Positions 1 through 10,366 of a stretch of DNA of 64,000 bases are shown in pieces. The translations under genes were made by a program, and so were the position numbers. The stretch's first letter is position 1, and every line of letters starts with the position of its first letter. Below the pieces are notes generated by a model, which was not told the DNA's origin, ran no database searches, and saw nothing but the letters and a program-made list of their open reading frames with translations. Source of the stretch: an uncultured bacterium (lineage in GTDB: Bacteria; Auribacterota; Erginobacteria; Erginobacterales; Erginobacteraceae); contig CAWGIE010000019.1 in NCBI GenBank assembly GCA_963822585.1, forward strand, positions 160,001 through 224,000. The letters are read 5' to 3'.

Positions 1-2
1 TC

Positions 3-2441
3 CGCACTCTGCAGGAAGCGGCGCCGGACCTGCCGGCGATCGTGTTGACGGGAAACGATGACGAGGAAGCGGCCATTACCGCGGTGAGGGAAGGCGCCCA
101 GGACTACCTTATCAAGGGACAGATAGAAAGCAGTCTGCTCATGCGCGCGGTCCGGTACGCCGTGGAGCGCAATCGGGTGGAGGCGGCGCTACATGAGTCG
201 GAGTCAAGATATCGCATGCTTTTCAATAGAAGTGCCGACGGCATATTGATTGCCGACATCGATACCAGGGTTTTCACGTACGCGAATCCGGCCCTCTGCC
301 GGATGCTGGGATACACCGAGAAAGAATTGACAACCATGGGCGTGGCGGACATTCATCCCAAAGATTTTTTGCAGAGCGTCGTGGACGAGTTCGAAGCCCA
401 GGCACGGGGAGTCAAGACTTTGTCATCGAACATCCCTTGTCTCAGGAAGGATGGGACAATTTTCTATGCGGATATCAACACGTTCAGCATCTCTCTTAAA
501 GGCAGGATGTGCAACGTGGGTTTCTTCCGGGACATCACCGAGCGCAAGAAGGCGGAGGAGACGCTGCGGGAGTCGGAAGAAAAATACCGGTCGCTGGTGA
601 AGGCGGTGGTTGATCCGATCATTATGATGAACATGCGGGGAGAAGTTCTTTTGTGCAATGACGCGGCCACGGTTTTGTTTAACAATCCGGAGAGCGAGAT
701 TCTGAATCAAAATGTATTCGAATTACTACCGGAGAAGCAGGCATCGGCCTGGCGGGAAACTATGGTGAAAGTGATCGCCTCCGAGACTCCGAAGGCTCTG
801 GCGCACCGGCATAACGAGCGCTATTTTGAATCAATCTTCGCTCCCGTGACTGATCCGGAGGGCCGCGTCTTCGCCGTGACCGTTGTCGCCCGGGATCTCA
901 CCGACCGGAAACTGGACGAGGAGGAGATCGAAAAGCTGGCCAGGTTTCCTTCCGAGAACCCCAACCCGGTCCTGAGAGTGGCGAATGACGGGACACTGCT
1001 TTATTCCAATAAATTGGGGGAACTCCTGTTAAAAGAGTGGAAATGCCGGAGGGGAGAAGCCCTGCCGGAAGAGTGGCGCGCCAGGGTCGCGGGGATATTC
1101 CGTTCCGGCACGGTTACCGACATTGAGATCGAGTGCGACGATAAAGTTTTCTCCTTGATTTTATGCCCGGTTGCGGAAAGCGAATATATCAATATTTACG
1201 GGATAGACATAACCGGGTCCAAAAACGCGGAAGAGGCCCTCCGGCAGAGCGAAGAACAGCTCCGCCAGGGACAGAAGATGGAGGCGGTCGGGAGGCTGGC
1301 CGGGGGTATCGCCCACGATTTCAACAACCTGTTGACGGCGATAACGGGCTTCAGCGATTTGACGCTCGCTCAACTCCCTGAAGGATCCCCGCTGTTCGAC
1401 GATATCGGAACGATCAAGAAAGCCGCTTTTCGGGCCGCCGCTCTCACCCGGCAGCTTCTCGCCTTCAGCCGCCAGCAGGCGCTCCAGCCCCAGATACTCA
1501 ACCTCAATGAAACAATCAGTAATCTGGATAAGATGCTCCGTCGCATCATCGGCGAAGATATCGAGATCGTCACCAGGCTTGCTGAAACAATCCCGCGCGT
1601 AAAAGCCGACCCGGGCCAGATCGAGCAGGTTATCATGAATCTCGTGGTCAACGCCCGTGACGCCATGCCCGACGGGGGCACCATCACCGTTGTCACGGAA
1701 AAAGTCAGCCTGGACCGGGACGAGGCCGCGATCATCTCCGAAGCGCATCCCGGACATTTCGTCCGACTCTCCGTGGAGGACACGGGTACCGGCATAGACC
1801 CCCAGGTCATCGAACATATTTTCGAACCCTTCTTCACCACAAAGAAAGTCGAGGAGGGCACGGGACTCGGTCTCTCTACTGTCTACGGTATCGTGAAACA
1901 GCACGGCGGCTGGATCAACGCGTATAGCGAGCCCGGACAGGGTTCGGTTTTTAAAGTGTATCTGCCGGCTTTCGACGTAGGAACCGGCTGGGAGACCGAT
2001 GAAACAGGTTCCCGGGAGCCGCCCCGGGGCGCGGGGGAAAAAATCCTGGTTGTGGAGGATGAAAAGGGTGTCCGCGATTTCATCAGCCGGGCGTTCCGCC
2101 AGTATGGCTATGTCGTCCTCGCGGCAGATTCAATCGCCGAAGGGGAAAAAATCTTCAATGAGCATCCCGGCGGCATCGACCTTCTCTTTACCGACGTTCT
2201 GCTTACCGACGGGTCCGGTCTTCGCCTGGCCCAACAACTCCGCGGACGCCAACCGGATCTGGCCATCCTGCTCTGCAGCGGATACAGCGACGGGCATTTC
2301 CGCTGGACGGCGGAGGATAAAGAAACCTTCCGCCTGCTCCAGAAACCGTGCCCATTGTACGACCTCCTTTCCGCCGTGAAGGATGCGTTGCGGGAACGGA
2401 CGGAGAAAAAGGCGAAAAACGATGCCGTCAAAAAATCATGA
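3..2441 (+). CDS. Hybrid sensor histidine kinase (receiver-PAS-PAS-PAS-HisKA-HATPase-receiver), 5' end outside window
   Basis: Frame open from base 3; [14 protein letters not shown]-box, [11 protein letters not shown]-box, [18 protein letters not shown] repeats; C-terminal receiver. Confidence 0.93.
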   Translation, partial: RTLQEAAPDLPAIVLTGNDDEEAAITAVREGAQDYLIKGQIESSLLMRAVRYAVERNRVEAALHESESRYRMLFNRSADGILIADIDTRVFTYANPALCRMLGYTEKELTTMGVADIHPKDFLQSVVDEFEAQARGVKTLSSNIPCLRKDGTIFYADINTFSISLKGRMCNVGFFRDITERKKAEETLRESEEKYRSLVKAVVDPIIMMNMRGEVLLCNDAATVLFNNPESEILNQNVFELLPEKQASAWRETMVKVIASETPKALAHRHNERYFESIFAPVTDPEGRVFAVTVVARDLTDRKLDEEEIEKLARFPSENPNPVLRVANDGTLLYSNKLGELLLKEWKCRRGEALPEEWRARVAGIFRSGTVTDIEIECDDKVFSLILCPVAESEYINIYGIDITGSKNAEEALRQSEEQLRQGQKMEAVGRLAGGIAHDFNNLLTAITGFSDLTLAQLPEGSPLFDDIGTIKKAAFRAAALTRQLLAFSRQQALQPQILNLNETISNLDKMLRRIIGEDIEIVTRLAETIPRVKADPGQIEQVIMNLVVNARDAMPDGGTITVVTEKVSLDRDEAAIISEAHPGHFVRLSVEDTGTGIDPQVIEHIFEPFFTTKKVEEGTGLGLSTVYGIVKQHGGWINAYSEPGQGSVFKVYLPAFDVGTGWETDETGSREPPRGAGEKILVVEDEKGVRDFISRAFRQYGYVVLAADSIAEGEKIFNEHPGGIDLLFTDVLLTDGSGLRLAQQLRGRQPDLAILLCSGYSDGHFRWTAEDKETFRLLQKPCPLYDLLSAVKDALRERTEKKAKNDAVKKS

Positions 2442-2454
2442 TTGCAGGGAGGGG

Positions 2455-2705
2455 AGATGTAGCACCCCGTTGGGGTGCGGGGATAGGCGGTGCCGGGGTT
2501 TCCGGACCCGGGGTTGCACCCCGGGCTATGATGTTGGACGCCGTTGGCGTCCGGCGAAACGCACCCCAACGGGGTGCAATATCATAACCCGGCGAGAATC
2601 ACCGGGACACGGCGCAATCAACACATTAAACCGCACCCCACCGGGGTGCCACATGATCCCGCGAAACGCACCCCAAAGGGGTGCCACATCATAGCCCGGC
2701 GCGAG
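2455..2705. repeat. Cluster of REP-like palindromes (GCACCCC-N3-GGGGTGC x4, CCCGGGGTTGCACCCCGGG)
   Basis: Four near-identical hairpins in mixed orientation, several followed by ATCATA(A/G)CCCGG. Confidence 0.75.
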
Positions 2706-2754
2706 AATCGCCGGGGAAAAACACAATAATGAAGCAAGGTTTTTTTCCATTAAG

Positions 2755-3198
2755 ATGAGATCCGACACAAAACAAAAAATCCTGATCGTGGAAGACATCG
2801 AGGAGGGCGCGCGCCTACTGGAAAGGCTGCTGGCCGGAGCCGGATACGAGACGGCCGTTGCCCGCAACGGCAAGGAAGCCCTGGCCGCCGTCAGCCGGGA
2901 ACGGCCCGGCCTGATCCTGCTCGATATCGAGATGCCGGAGATGAACGGGCTGCAAGCCTGCAAGGCAATCAGGGACGATCCCGCCAATGAAGTCGTCCCC
3001 ATAGTGATGCTGACCGTGAAGGATCAGCCAAGCAACATCGTGAAAGCCCTCGAGGCGGGAGCCGACGATTACCTTTTCAAGTCGGCGACAAAGGAAGAAC
3101 TGCTCAAAAAGATAAAAAGTCTATTGGCTCTGGGCGCCGGAGGCGATCTTCCCAGCCAGTATTATCTGAAGAAAAATACTACAATTTTTACACAGTAA
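2755..3198 (+). CDS. Response regulator receiver protein
   Basis: KILIVED...LILLDIEMPEMNG...IVMLT...GADDYLFK. Confidence 0.92.
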   Translation: MRSDTKQKILIVEDIEEGARLLERLLAGAGYETAVARNGKEALAAVSRERPGLILLDIEMPEMNGLQACKAIRDDPANEVVPIVMLTVKDQPSNIVKALEAGADDYLFKSATKEELLKKIKSLLALGAGGDLPSQYYLKKNTTIFTQ

Positions 3199-3206
3199 AA
3201 ATTGTA

Positions 3207-4319
3207 ATGAAAACAGACATCGACACGCTATTGCGGACGCTGGTGATCAAAAAGGCCTCCGATCTCCACCTCCAGGCGGGAATTCCCCCCGTCTTCCGGA
3301 TTAACGGGGAACTGGAGACCACCGACCTCGCGCCGCTCACCTCCGAAGAGATCGAAACGCGGTTCGTGGACACCATCATGGACCGGGAGCAGAAGAAGAA
3401 ATTCGAGCGCGATCATCACATCGATTTGTCCTATGCCGTTCCCGGCGTCGCCCGTTTCCGGGTCAACGTCTTCCGGCAGCGGGGGAACGTCGGCGCGGTG
3501 ATGCGCATGATTCCCTTTGAAGTCCCGACCATCGACGAGCTGGGGCTGCCGCCGATCGTGAAGAAGCTGGTTCAAAATCCCCACGGACTGATCCTGGTCA
3601 CCGGCCCCACGGGGAGCGGCAAATCAACGACGCTGGCGGCCCTCGTCGACTACATCAACGCCCGGAAAAATGCCCACATCATCACCATCGAGGACCCGAT
3701 CGAATTCGCCTTCGCCGGAAAATCCTGCCTGATCAACCAGCGGGAAGTGGGAAGAGACACGAACTCATTCGCCGACGCCCTGCGGGACGCCCTCCGGGAA
3801 GACCCCGACGTCATCCTGGTCGGGGAGATGCGTGACCTGGAGACCATCTCCAACGCCATCACCGCCGCCGAGACCGGCCACCTGGTCTTCGCCACCCTCC
3901 ACACCAACGACGCCGCCCAGACCGTGGATCGGATCATCGACGTTTTCCCTCCGGACCAGCAGCAGCAGATCCGCACCCAGCTCGCCGCCACGCTCCTGGG
4001 GGTCGTCGCCCAGACGCTCCTCAGGAAGAAGGACGGTACGGGAAGAGTGGCCGCCTTCGAGATTCTGGTCGCCAATGCCGCCGTCCGGAACCTGATCAAA
4101 ACCGGCAAAACCAACCAGATTTATTCCATCATTCAGACCGGACGACAGGAAGGGATGCAGCTCCTCGCCCAATCCCTGAAAGAGCTCTGCCGGGACGATG
4201 TCGTGACGGAGGAGGAAGCGATGAGCAAAGTAACTGACCCCAAAGCGTTCAAAGCCCTTCTCAAGGACCACGCGTCGCGCCCGGCAATGGACTCCATCCC
4301 GGAAATCCCCGCCGATTAA
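3207..4319 (+). CDS. pilT: Type IV pilus retraction ATPase PilT
   Basis: ASDLHL, GPTGSGKST, TIEDPIE, LREDPDVILVGEMRD, TLHTN, AVRNLI. Confidence 0.95.
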   Translation: MKTDIDTLLRTLVIKKASDLHLQAGIPPVFRINGELETTDLAPLTSEEIETRFVDTIMDREQKKKFERDHHIDLSYAVPGVARFRVNVFRQRGNVGAVMRMIPFEVPTIDELGLPPIVKKLVQNPHGLILVTGPTGSGKSTTLAALVDYINARKNAHIITIEDPIEFAFAGKSCLINQREVGRDTNSFADALRDALREDPDVILVGEMRDLETISNAITAAETGHLVFATLHTNDAAQTVDRIIDVFPPDQQQQIRTQLAATLLGVVAQTLLRKKDGTGRVAAFEILVANAAVRNLIKTGKTNQIYSIIQTGRQEGMQLLAQSLKELCRDDVVTEEEAMSKVTDPKAFKALLKDHASRPAMDSIPEIPAD

Positions 4320-4359
4320 CCCGATGTATTCCCGCCGACAGGCATATATCTGGCTAATG

Positions 4360-4572
4360 AGAGCTTACTCGAAAAGCTCGTAAGCTCTCAAATCCTAATA
4401 TCTAAATACTAAATCCTAAATAATATCAAATGACCCAAACTAAAAAATCCAAAACAATGGGGCTACAACCGGCGATATTTGAAGCATTTGATTATTTGGA
4501 TTTTGGATTTATTTAGGATTTAGATATTAGGATTTAGGATTTCCTGCTCGAAATCCTTTCCGAGTAAGGTCT
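4360..4572. repeat. MITE-like element: about 17-bp imperfect terminal inverted repeats around a heptamer-periodic (AAATCCT/AGGATTT) hairpin
   Basis: AGAGCTTACTCGAAAAG vs CTTTCCGAGTAAGGTCT; AAATCCTAATATCTAAAT pairs with ATTTAGATATTAGGATTT; lies between convergent genes. Confidence 0.65.
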
Positions 4573-4574
4573 AA

Positions 4575-5945
4575 TTATAATCCATATTTCTTCATCTTGC
4601 TGTAGAGCGTACCCCGGGCGATGCCCAGCTCTTCAGCCGACCGCGAGAGGTTGGATCCGTTCTTCTTGAGCGCCTCCCGGATCAGCGCCTCCTCATTCTC
4701 CGCCAGGAGCAGCGAGTGTCGACCCGGGGCCGGGCTCTTCTCTTTCCCCCGAAAAAGCAGCGGGGGCAGGTTGGCGACGGTAATCCGGGGGGGCTGAGCC
4801 GTAATCACCGCCCGCTCAACGGCATTTTCCAGTTCCCGGATGTTTCCCGGCCAGGGATAGGCAAAGAGCGCATCGTATGCCCCTTCAGTAAAGGAGCATT
4901 CCTCCTTGCCGAATTTACCGGCATAAATGGAAAAGAAGTGATCGATCAGCAAGGGGATGTCCTCCATCCTCTCCCGGAGCGGGGGGAGGTAGAGGGTGAT
5001 GATATTGAGCCGGTGGAAAAGATCGCGCCGGAACGTCCCCTCGTTGACCGCTTTTTCCAGGTCCGTGTTGGAGGCCGCGATAACGCGGACATTTACTTTC
5101 AATGTCGCGCTTCCGCCGACCCGTTCCAGCTCTCCTTCCTCGATCACCCGTAAAAGCTTCGCCTGGGCATCCAGGGGCAGAGTGGAGATCTCATTAAGGA
5201 AGATCGTCCCCTCGTCCGCCCGCTCAAACTTTCCCCGCCGCAGGTCGCAGGCGCCGGTAAATGCCCCCTTCTCATGTCCGAAGAGATCGCTCTCGATCAG
5301 ACGGTCGCTGAGGACCGCGCAGTCGGTAACGACGAAGGGCTTTTTTGCCCGGGAGCTTTTCTCGTGGATTACCCGGGCCAGAAGGTCTTTCCCGGTCCCG
5401 GTTTCTCCGAGGATCAGAACGGTGGTGTCGAGGAGAGCGGTACTCTCCACCAGTTCCATCAGCTGCTGCATCATCTTGCTCCTGCCCACCACCATGAAGC
5501 TGCGGCCCTTTTCACGCATTTGGTCCTTCAGCCGGGCCAGCTCTTCCCGGAGCCGATGCCGTTCCCGGTTTTTCTCGATCAGGGAGAGGATTTCCCCGGG
5601 GTTAAAAGGCTTGGTTATATAGCGGGCCGCTCCCGCTTTGATGGATTCGACGGCGGCCTGGACATCGTAGCTCGCGGTGACCACCGCCTCTTCGGCGTCG
5701 GGAAAAGTCCTTTTCAGCTCTTGAATGACTTCCAGTCCGCTCGCCCCCGGAAGATCAAAGTCGATCAGGGCGACGGTGATATCGTCCGCTTCCCTGATTA
5801 CTTGCAGCGCTTCCGTTCCCGAGGCGGCATAAAGGACCCGGGGATATTTTTTCAAGAGGCGCCGATAGAGGTCGAGGATTACGGGATCGTCGTCAACGAC
5901 CAGGATGGCGCCCCCCGGGGAATCCGTCTTTTCATTTTTCTTCAT
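4575..5945 (-). CDS. Sigma54-dependent response regulator (NtrC/AtoC family)
   Basis: Receiver, GETGTGKD, LFGHEKGAFTGA, WPGNIRELEN, Fis HTH. Confidence 0.95.
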   Translation of the reverse strand: MKKNEKTDSPGGAILVVDDDPVILDLYRRLLKKYPRVLYAASGTEALQVIREADDITVALIDFDLPGASGLEVIQELKRTFPDAEEAVVTASYDVQAAVESIKAGAARYITKPFNPGEILSLIEKNRERHRLREELARLKDQMREKGRSFMVVGRSKMMQQLMELVESTALLDTTVLILGETGTGKDLLARVIHEKSSRAKKPFVVTDCAVLSDRLIESDLFGHEKGAFTGACDLRRGKFERADEGTIFLNEISTLPLDAQAKLLRVIEEGELERVGGSATLKVNVRVIAASNTDLEKAVNEGTFRRDLFHRLNIITLYLPPLRERMEDIPLLIDHFFSIYAGKFGKEECSFTEGAYDALFAYPWPGNIRELENAVERAVITAQPPRITVANLPPLLFRGKEKSPAPGRHSLLLAENEEALIREALKKNGSNLSRSAEELGIARGTLYSKMKKYGL

Positions 5946-6236
5946 TTATTTTTTCTCCGAAAAAATAAGATTATTGAAAGACATTTCAACCCGAAGGCAT
6001 GGTAGGTGATGGCAGTCATTCTGTCAATAATTATGTTCATTATACGACGCCTGTGGTGTCGTATTTTAAACACATTAACGATGTATATTAAACATTATCA
6101 CAACAATAAGCATCCCCGGCAATAATTATTAATTCTGTTGTCTGTCATCATAACTGACTGCAATACAAATTGATGAGGATAATCCATTCTGACGGAAAGC
6201 ATCTGAGCGCCACCCCTTGGGAATTTTTTCATCTCC

Positions 6237-6251
6237 TGGCACACAATCTGC
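6237..6251 (+). promoter_or_regulatory. Candidate sigma54 -24/-12 promoter
   Basis: TGGCACACAATCTGC, GG-N10-GC spacing, divergent from the sigma54 activator gene. Confidence 0.6.
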
Positions 6252-6267
6252 ACAGTAATAAGGTGAG

Positions 6268-6813
6268 ATGAAAATAAACCTGAAAAAAATCATGGTCGCC
6301 GCCGGATGTTTTATCGTTGCTTCCAGCGTTTGTATTGCCGAATCTCCGGCCGCCTGGAAAATGAGCCAGAATGAAGCTCTTCGGGGCGATTATTATTATC
6401 TGACTCCCCCGATGCGGGTGGTGATCGAGGATATCCTCTATCGCCGCTTTTACACGTCCGAAGAACAGTTGACCCGAGCAATCTTTGACTGGGTGGTGGA
6501 GAATGTACTGTATGAAGACTGCTACGGCGCCGTCACCGCCGCCCGTGTTTTCGAAAATAAAAAAGGAAAATGCAGCGGTCAGGCGCGGCTTCTGATCGCT
6601 ATGGCTCAGGACTTTGGCTTGGACGCCCGGTATGTGCTGGTCGATCGTGATTGTGACGGTAAGCAGGTCAGTCATGCCTGTGCCTGGATCCGGATTGACG
6701 GCCGGGGGTGCCTGATCGATCCCGCGTATAAAATGTTCGATGTCCATCACCAGTCCTGGCGAATGGTCTCCGATACCCCGGGCCGATTGCTGCTGGCACT
6801 GGGGAACAGGTGA
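6268..6813 (+). CDS. Secreted transglutaminase-like (Cys-His-Asp) domain protein
   Basis: Signal peptide; IFDWV..N..Y, GKCSGQARL, HACAWI, LIDP. Confidence 0.8.
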   Translation: MKINLKKIMVAAGCFIVASSVCIAESPAAWKMSQNEALRGDYYYLTPPMRVVIEDILYRRFYTSEEQLTRAIFDWVVENVLYEDCYGAVTAARVFENKKGKCSGQARLLIAMAQDFGLDARYVLVDRDCDGKQVSHACAWIRIDGRGCLIDPAYKMFDVHHQSWRMVSDTPGRLLLALGNR

Positions 6814-6997
6814 TGCAGACTCTCCTAATGGTTACCGTGGTTTTTTACTCCCTCTCCGGAAAAGGTGAATACGCTTGACAGTACCGTCGGAATAATCTTA
6901 TACAAAATGTTGTTGTATTCCGTGAGACAATAATCAAGCTTTCCGGGCTGGCAGAAGCTATACGGTACTCAAACCTGCTCAGCCCCCTGGAGTCGCC

Positions 6998-7384
6998 ATG
7001 GCAAAGTATACGATTCTCGTTATCGATGATGATGAAGATATCCGCGCGTTTTTGCAAAGAACGCTGGAGACAGCCGGATGTTACACGGTTATCACCGCCA
7101 AGAACGGCCTGGACGGGATCAAGCTGGCCCGGAAGAAACACCCTGACCTGGTTCTGCTGGACATCATGATGCCCGGTTTGGACGGATTCGAAGTTTTGCA
7201 GCGGTTGAAGAGCGATTACAAGACCATGTCCATCCCGGTTGTCGTACTGAGCGCGGAAACAGGCGAAGACGCCAAAATCAAGAGTTCCTACCTTTACACC
7301 GAATTTTACCTCACCAAGCCCATCACCCGCGAAGAGCTGCTGGAGAAGGTCGGCAAAATCCTGAAGAGGAAGCAACTCTATTGA
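6998..7384 (+). CDS. Single-domain response regulator
   Basis: ILVIDDD...LVLLDIMMPGLDG...LSA...LTKP. Confidence 0.92.
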   Translation: MAKYTILVIDDDEDIRAFLQRTLETAGCYTVITAKNGLDGIKLARKKHPDLVLLDIMMPGLDGFEVLQRLKSDYKTMSIPVVVLSAETGEDAKIKSSYLYTEFYLTKPITREELLEKVGKILKRKQLY

Positions 7385-7406
7385 CCCGGATTAATCGGGC
7401 TGAGCG

Positions 7407-7472
7407 CCAAGGTAACACAGACATTCCTGTCTGTGCGCCAAAGTGACACAGACATTACTGTCTGTGCGCTAA
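7407..7472. repeat. Left part of a 31-bp REP-like tandem array (CACAGACA-TTCC/TTAC-TGTCTGTG hairpin)
   Basis: Units 7407-7437 and 7438-7468, then CTAA and the IS. Confidence 0.85.
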
Positions 7473-9486
7473 CCCGACTTTCGCAATTGGGCCTTAAAAA
7501 CAACTATTTTCGGGGGGTCAATTAACAGAAGTCATTGTACGACAACAACCGGATTTTTAAAAGTGTTTGTGGTACAGACCTACCCCCTTGTCAGGTACAG
7601 GGAGATTACTATATTTTGTCTCCACCATGTACCTGAAGTGTCATCGCCGATTCAAAGATGGGAAGGAACACCGCTACTGGAGCATTGCGGAGAAGCACCG
7701 CTGCCGGGGCGGTCGGGTGGTTGATCGCCACATCCTGTACCTGGGAGAGATTAACGACAGTCAGCAAGAGTCCTGGTTACGGTGTATCGACGCATTCGAT
7801 GTTAAGCAAAGGTGCCAGACGAAGCTGGCCCTGTTTCCATCTGATCGCGCCATACCGGAGTACGCGAGCGATCAGGGGGTGCAAGTTTGCCTGGAAGAGT
7901 TCACGCTGCGGCGGCCGAGGCAATGGGGAGCCTGTTGGGCATTTTGTCGGATCTGGGACGAGTTGGAACTGGATCGATTCTGGAGCGAGCGTCTGAAGGA
8001 CAGCCGCAAAGGAACATCGTGGTACCGGGTATTAATGGTCCTGGCGGCGTATCGCTTGATTGACCCCGGTAGCGAGTGGCGCCTTCACCGGCAATGGTAC
8101 AAGCGGAGCGCGATGGGAGATCTGCTGGGAGAAGATTTCTCCCTGGTCGCCAAGGATAAACTTTATCGGTGTCTGGACAGGCTTCTGGAACACAAGGAGG
8201 ATTTATTCAGTTTTCTGGCTGAGCGCTGGCACGATCTTTTCGGGATCACCTACGACGTGATCTTATACGACCTGACCAGCACCTATTTTGAGAGCGACCC
8301 GCCTTTCGACAAGAACGATAAAAGGAGATATGGCTACAGCCGGGATCATCGGCCCGATTGCGTGCAGGTAGTGATCGCCCTGGTGGTGACACCGGAAGGA
8401 TTTCCCCTGGCCTACGAGGTTATGCCGGGGAACACCAGGGACAACGCCACTCTGCCGGATTTCCTGAAGAAGATCGAATCGAGATATGGCAAGGCCCGGC
8501 GGATCTGGCTGATGGATCGGGGGATCCCGACCGAAGAGCACCTGGCCTGGATGAGAGAACGGGGGATGCTTTACCTGGTCGGGACCCCCAAGGGAAGACT
8601 CACCAAACTGGAGAAAGAGTTGTTGAACCGGCCCTGGCAGGAAGTGCGGCCGGAAGTTCAGGTCAAACTCTTGCCCCGTGATGATGATCTTTATGTCTGG
8701 GTGCAGAGCCGGCCCCGGGTGGGCAAGGAAAGATCGATGCGCCGGCGGCGGCTTAAACGGCTGTGGGCGCGCTTGAAGGAATTGCGACGCCAGCGGCCGA
8801 CATATGAAAACCTGCTTTTGAAGTTGGGCGCGGCAAAAAAAGATGCCGGGCGGGTTTGGTCTCTGGTTGAGGTCGAATTGCCCGATCCTCCGGAGAAAAA
8901 GATGCGGTCCCGGCGGGTGTCATTCACCTACAGTCTCAACAAAGAGAAGCTGCGGGCGGTGCGCCGCAGAGAGGGGAGATATTTACTGCGTTCAAATCTG
9001 GTCGAGACCGACCCGGGGAAGCTCTGGGAGTTCTACCTGCTCCTGGTGGAAGTAGAGAATGCCTTCAAAAACCTGAAAGGCGATATGACATTGCGCCCCA
9101 TCTTCCATCAGAGAGAGGACCGGATCGAGGCCCATATTTTCCTCGCCTTCCTCGCGTACTGTATTCACGTTACCCTCCGCCAGAGATTGCGGCAGAGAGC
9201 GCCGGGTCTGACGGTGAGGCAGGCGTTGGACAGTCTGGGGGCGATGCAGATGCTGGACGTGCACTTCCCCACCACTGACGGCAGGGAGTTGATATTTACC
9301 CGGTATACCCAGCCGGAAAAGGAACAGCAACTACTGCTCAGCCAGCTGGACTGGCGGTTGCCGAAACAGCCTCCGCCGAAGATAACTGCAAAAAGAGCAG
9401 TGGAAATGTAGTACAGACCTTTGGGAAGGTTTTGTTGATTTGCAGGGAGTTACGACTCAAAAATAGGTCCAATTGCGAAAGTCGGG
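7473..9486 (+). mobile_element. IS1634-family insertion sequence, 2014 bp
   Basis: 18-bp perfect TIRs CCCGACTTTCGCAATTGG / CCAATTGCGAAAGTCGGG; CTAA duplicated at 7469-7472 and 9487-9490. Confidence 0.92.
7627..9411 (+). CDS. IS1634-family DDE transposase
   Basis: YDLTSTYFE, GYSRDHRPDC, MDRGI, VENAFKNLK, LRPIFHQREDRIEAH. Confidence 0.93.
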   Translation: MYLKCHRRFKDGKEHRYWSIAEKHRCRGGRVVDRHILYLGEINDSQQESWLRCIDAFDVKQRCQTKLALFPSDRAIPEYASDQGVQVCLEEFTLRRPRQWGACWAFCRIWDELELDRFWSERLKDSRKGTSWYRVLMVLAAYRLIDPGSEWRLHRQWYKRSAMGDLLGEDFSLVAKDKLYRCLDRLLEHKEDLFSFLAERWHDLFGITYDVILYDLTSTYFESDPPFDKNDKRRYGYSRDHRPDCVQVVIALVVTPEGFPLAYEVMPGNTRDNATLPDFLKKIESRYGKARRIWLMDRGIPTEEHLAWMRERGMLYLVGTPKGRLTKLEKELLNRPWQEVRPEVQVKLLPRDDDLYVWVQSRPRVGKERSMRRRRLKRLWARLKELRRQRPTYENLLLKLGAAKKDAGRVWSLVEVELPDPPEKKMRSRRVSFTYSLNKEKLRAVRRREGRYLLRSNLVETDPGKLWEFYLLLVEVENAFKNLKGDMTLRPIFHQREDRIEAHIFLAFLAYCIHVTLRQRLRQRAPGLTVRQALDSLGAMQMLDVHFPTTDGRELIFTRYTQPEKEQQLLLSQLDWRLPKQPPPKITAKRAVEM

Positions 9487-9548
9487 CTAAGGTAATACAG
9501 ACATTACTGTCTGTGCGCCAAAGTGACACAGACATTCCTGTCTGTGCG
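9487..9548. repeat. Right part of the 31-bp REP-like array
   Basis: Units 9487-9517 and 9518-9548 continue the array interrupted by the IS. Confidence 0.85.
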
Positions 9549-9901
9549 GCAAAAAGGCAATCCAGCCTTTACTGCTCCTCCCGAACGCGCATAATAACCA
9601 ACCATTTGAAATCTGAATATCATCTTGAATTCAGCCATTATTGTTCTACCATGCCTACCGTGTGAGCACATCGAAGGATTCAACGAAGGGCGGCCGCCCT
9701 TTTTCTTTGATTCTTATCACCAGCATCCCTCGCTGTCCGAACTCTCCCACCGCTGCCATGCAGAAATTGCACCATAGCAGTTAACGCTTTTTCCTCTTCC
9801 GGTAGAAAGTCTTCTCCGCCATGGCCTTTTACCTTTCCCGACTTGATTGGCATTTTTTTGCAGGATAAAGCATTACGACTATATTTCGTTTATCCCGCTC
9901 A

Positions 9902-9916
9902 TGGCACAATATTTGC
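9902..9916 (+). promoter_or_regulatory. Candidate sigma54 -24/-12 promoter
   Basis: TGGCACAATATTTGC, matches TGGCAC-N5-TTGC. Confidence 0.65.
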
Positions 9917-9988
9917 GTTAGAAAATCATCACCGGTAGGTACTGCGCACTGAAGACACCATCGGGTGGGACGCTTGGTCCCCTGATTC

Positions 9989-10339
9989 ATGAACATCACA
10001 GAACAACACTTTCACAAGACGCTGGCGGACCGGGTATATCGTAAGGTCTTCCGCGAAGACGGGATCAGCGATGGCCATGTCCATTTCCATGTCTCCCGCC
10101 ACAAGGACCACCTCATTCTCCTCTGTTCCGGATCGCGATCGGGCACGGTTATTGCCAAAGCTCCCTCATGCCGAAGAGGAGAGTACTCCCCCTGGTACGA
10201 ATCTTCATTCTCCGCTTTCAACCGGGAGATGATCCTCCAGGAGTTGGAACGGGAAATATCCCTGATCCGGATCGACTGCGATGTTTGTAATATGTCGTGG
10301 ACAGGGCTCGAAGATTTTCTCCTCTGGCTAGGGGAATAG
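9989..10339 (+). CDS. Hypothetical protein
   Basis: 116-aa ORF downstream of a sigma54 motif, co-oriented with next gene; no recognised motif and weak RBS. Confidence 0.55.
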   Translation: MNITEQHFHKTLADRVYRKVFREDGISDGHVHFHVSRHKDHLILLCSGSRSGTVIAKAPSCRRGEYSPWYESSFSAFNREMILQELEREISLIRIDCDVCNMSWTGLEDFLLWLGE

Positions 10340-10366
10340 TCTTTCGCAGCCGGCTGACCAAGAAAT

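Noticed and set aside
6944..6984. Leader hairpin GGGCTGGCAG...CTGCTCAGCCC as a riboswitch
   Set aside because: No recognisable aptamer consensus; a single stem only
7407..9548. 31-bp palindromic repeats as a CRISPR array
   Set aside because: Units are contiguous with no unique spacers and no cas genes are nearby; fits a REP-like array
9848..9861. Second sigma54-like motif TGGCATTTTTTTGC
   Set aside because: GG-GC spacing is 9 rather than the required 10
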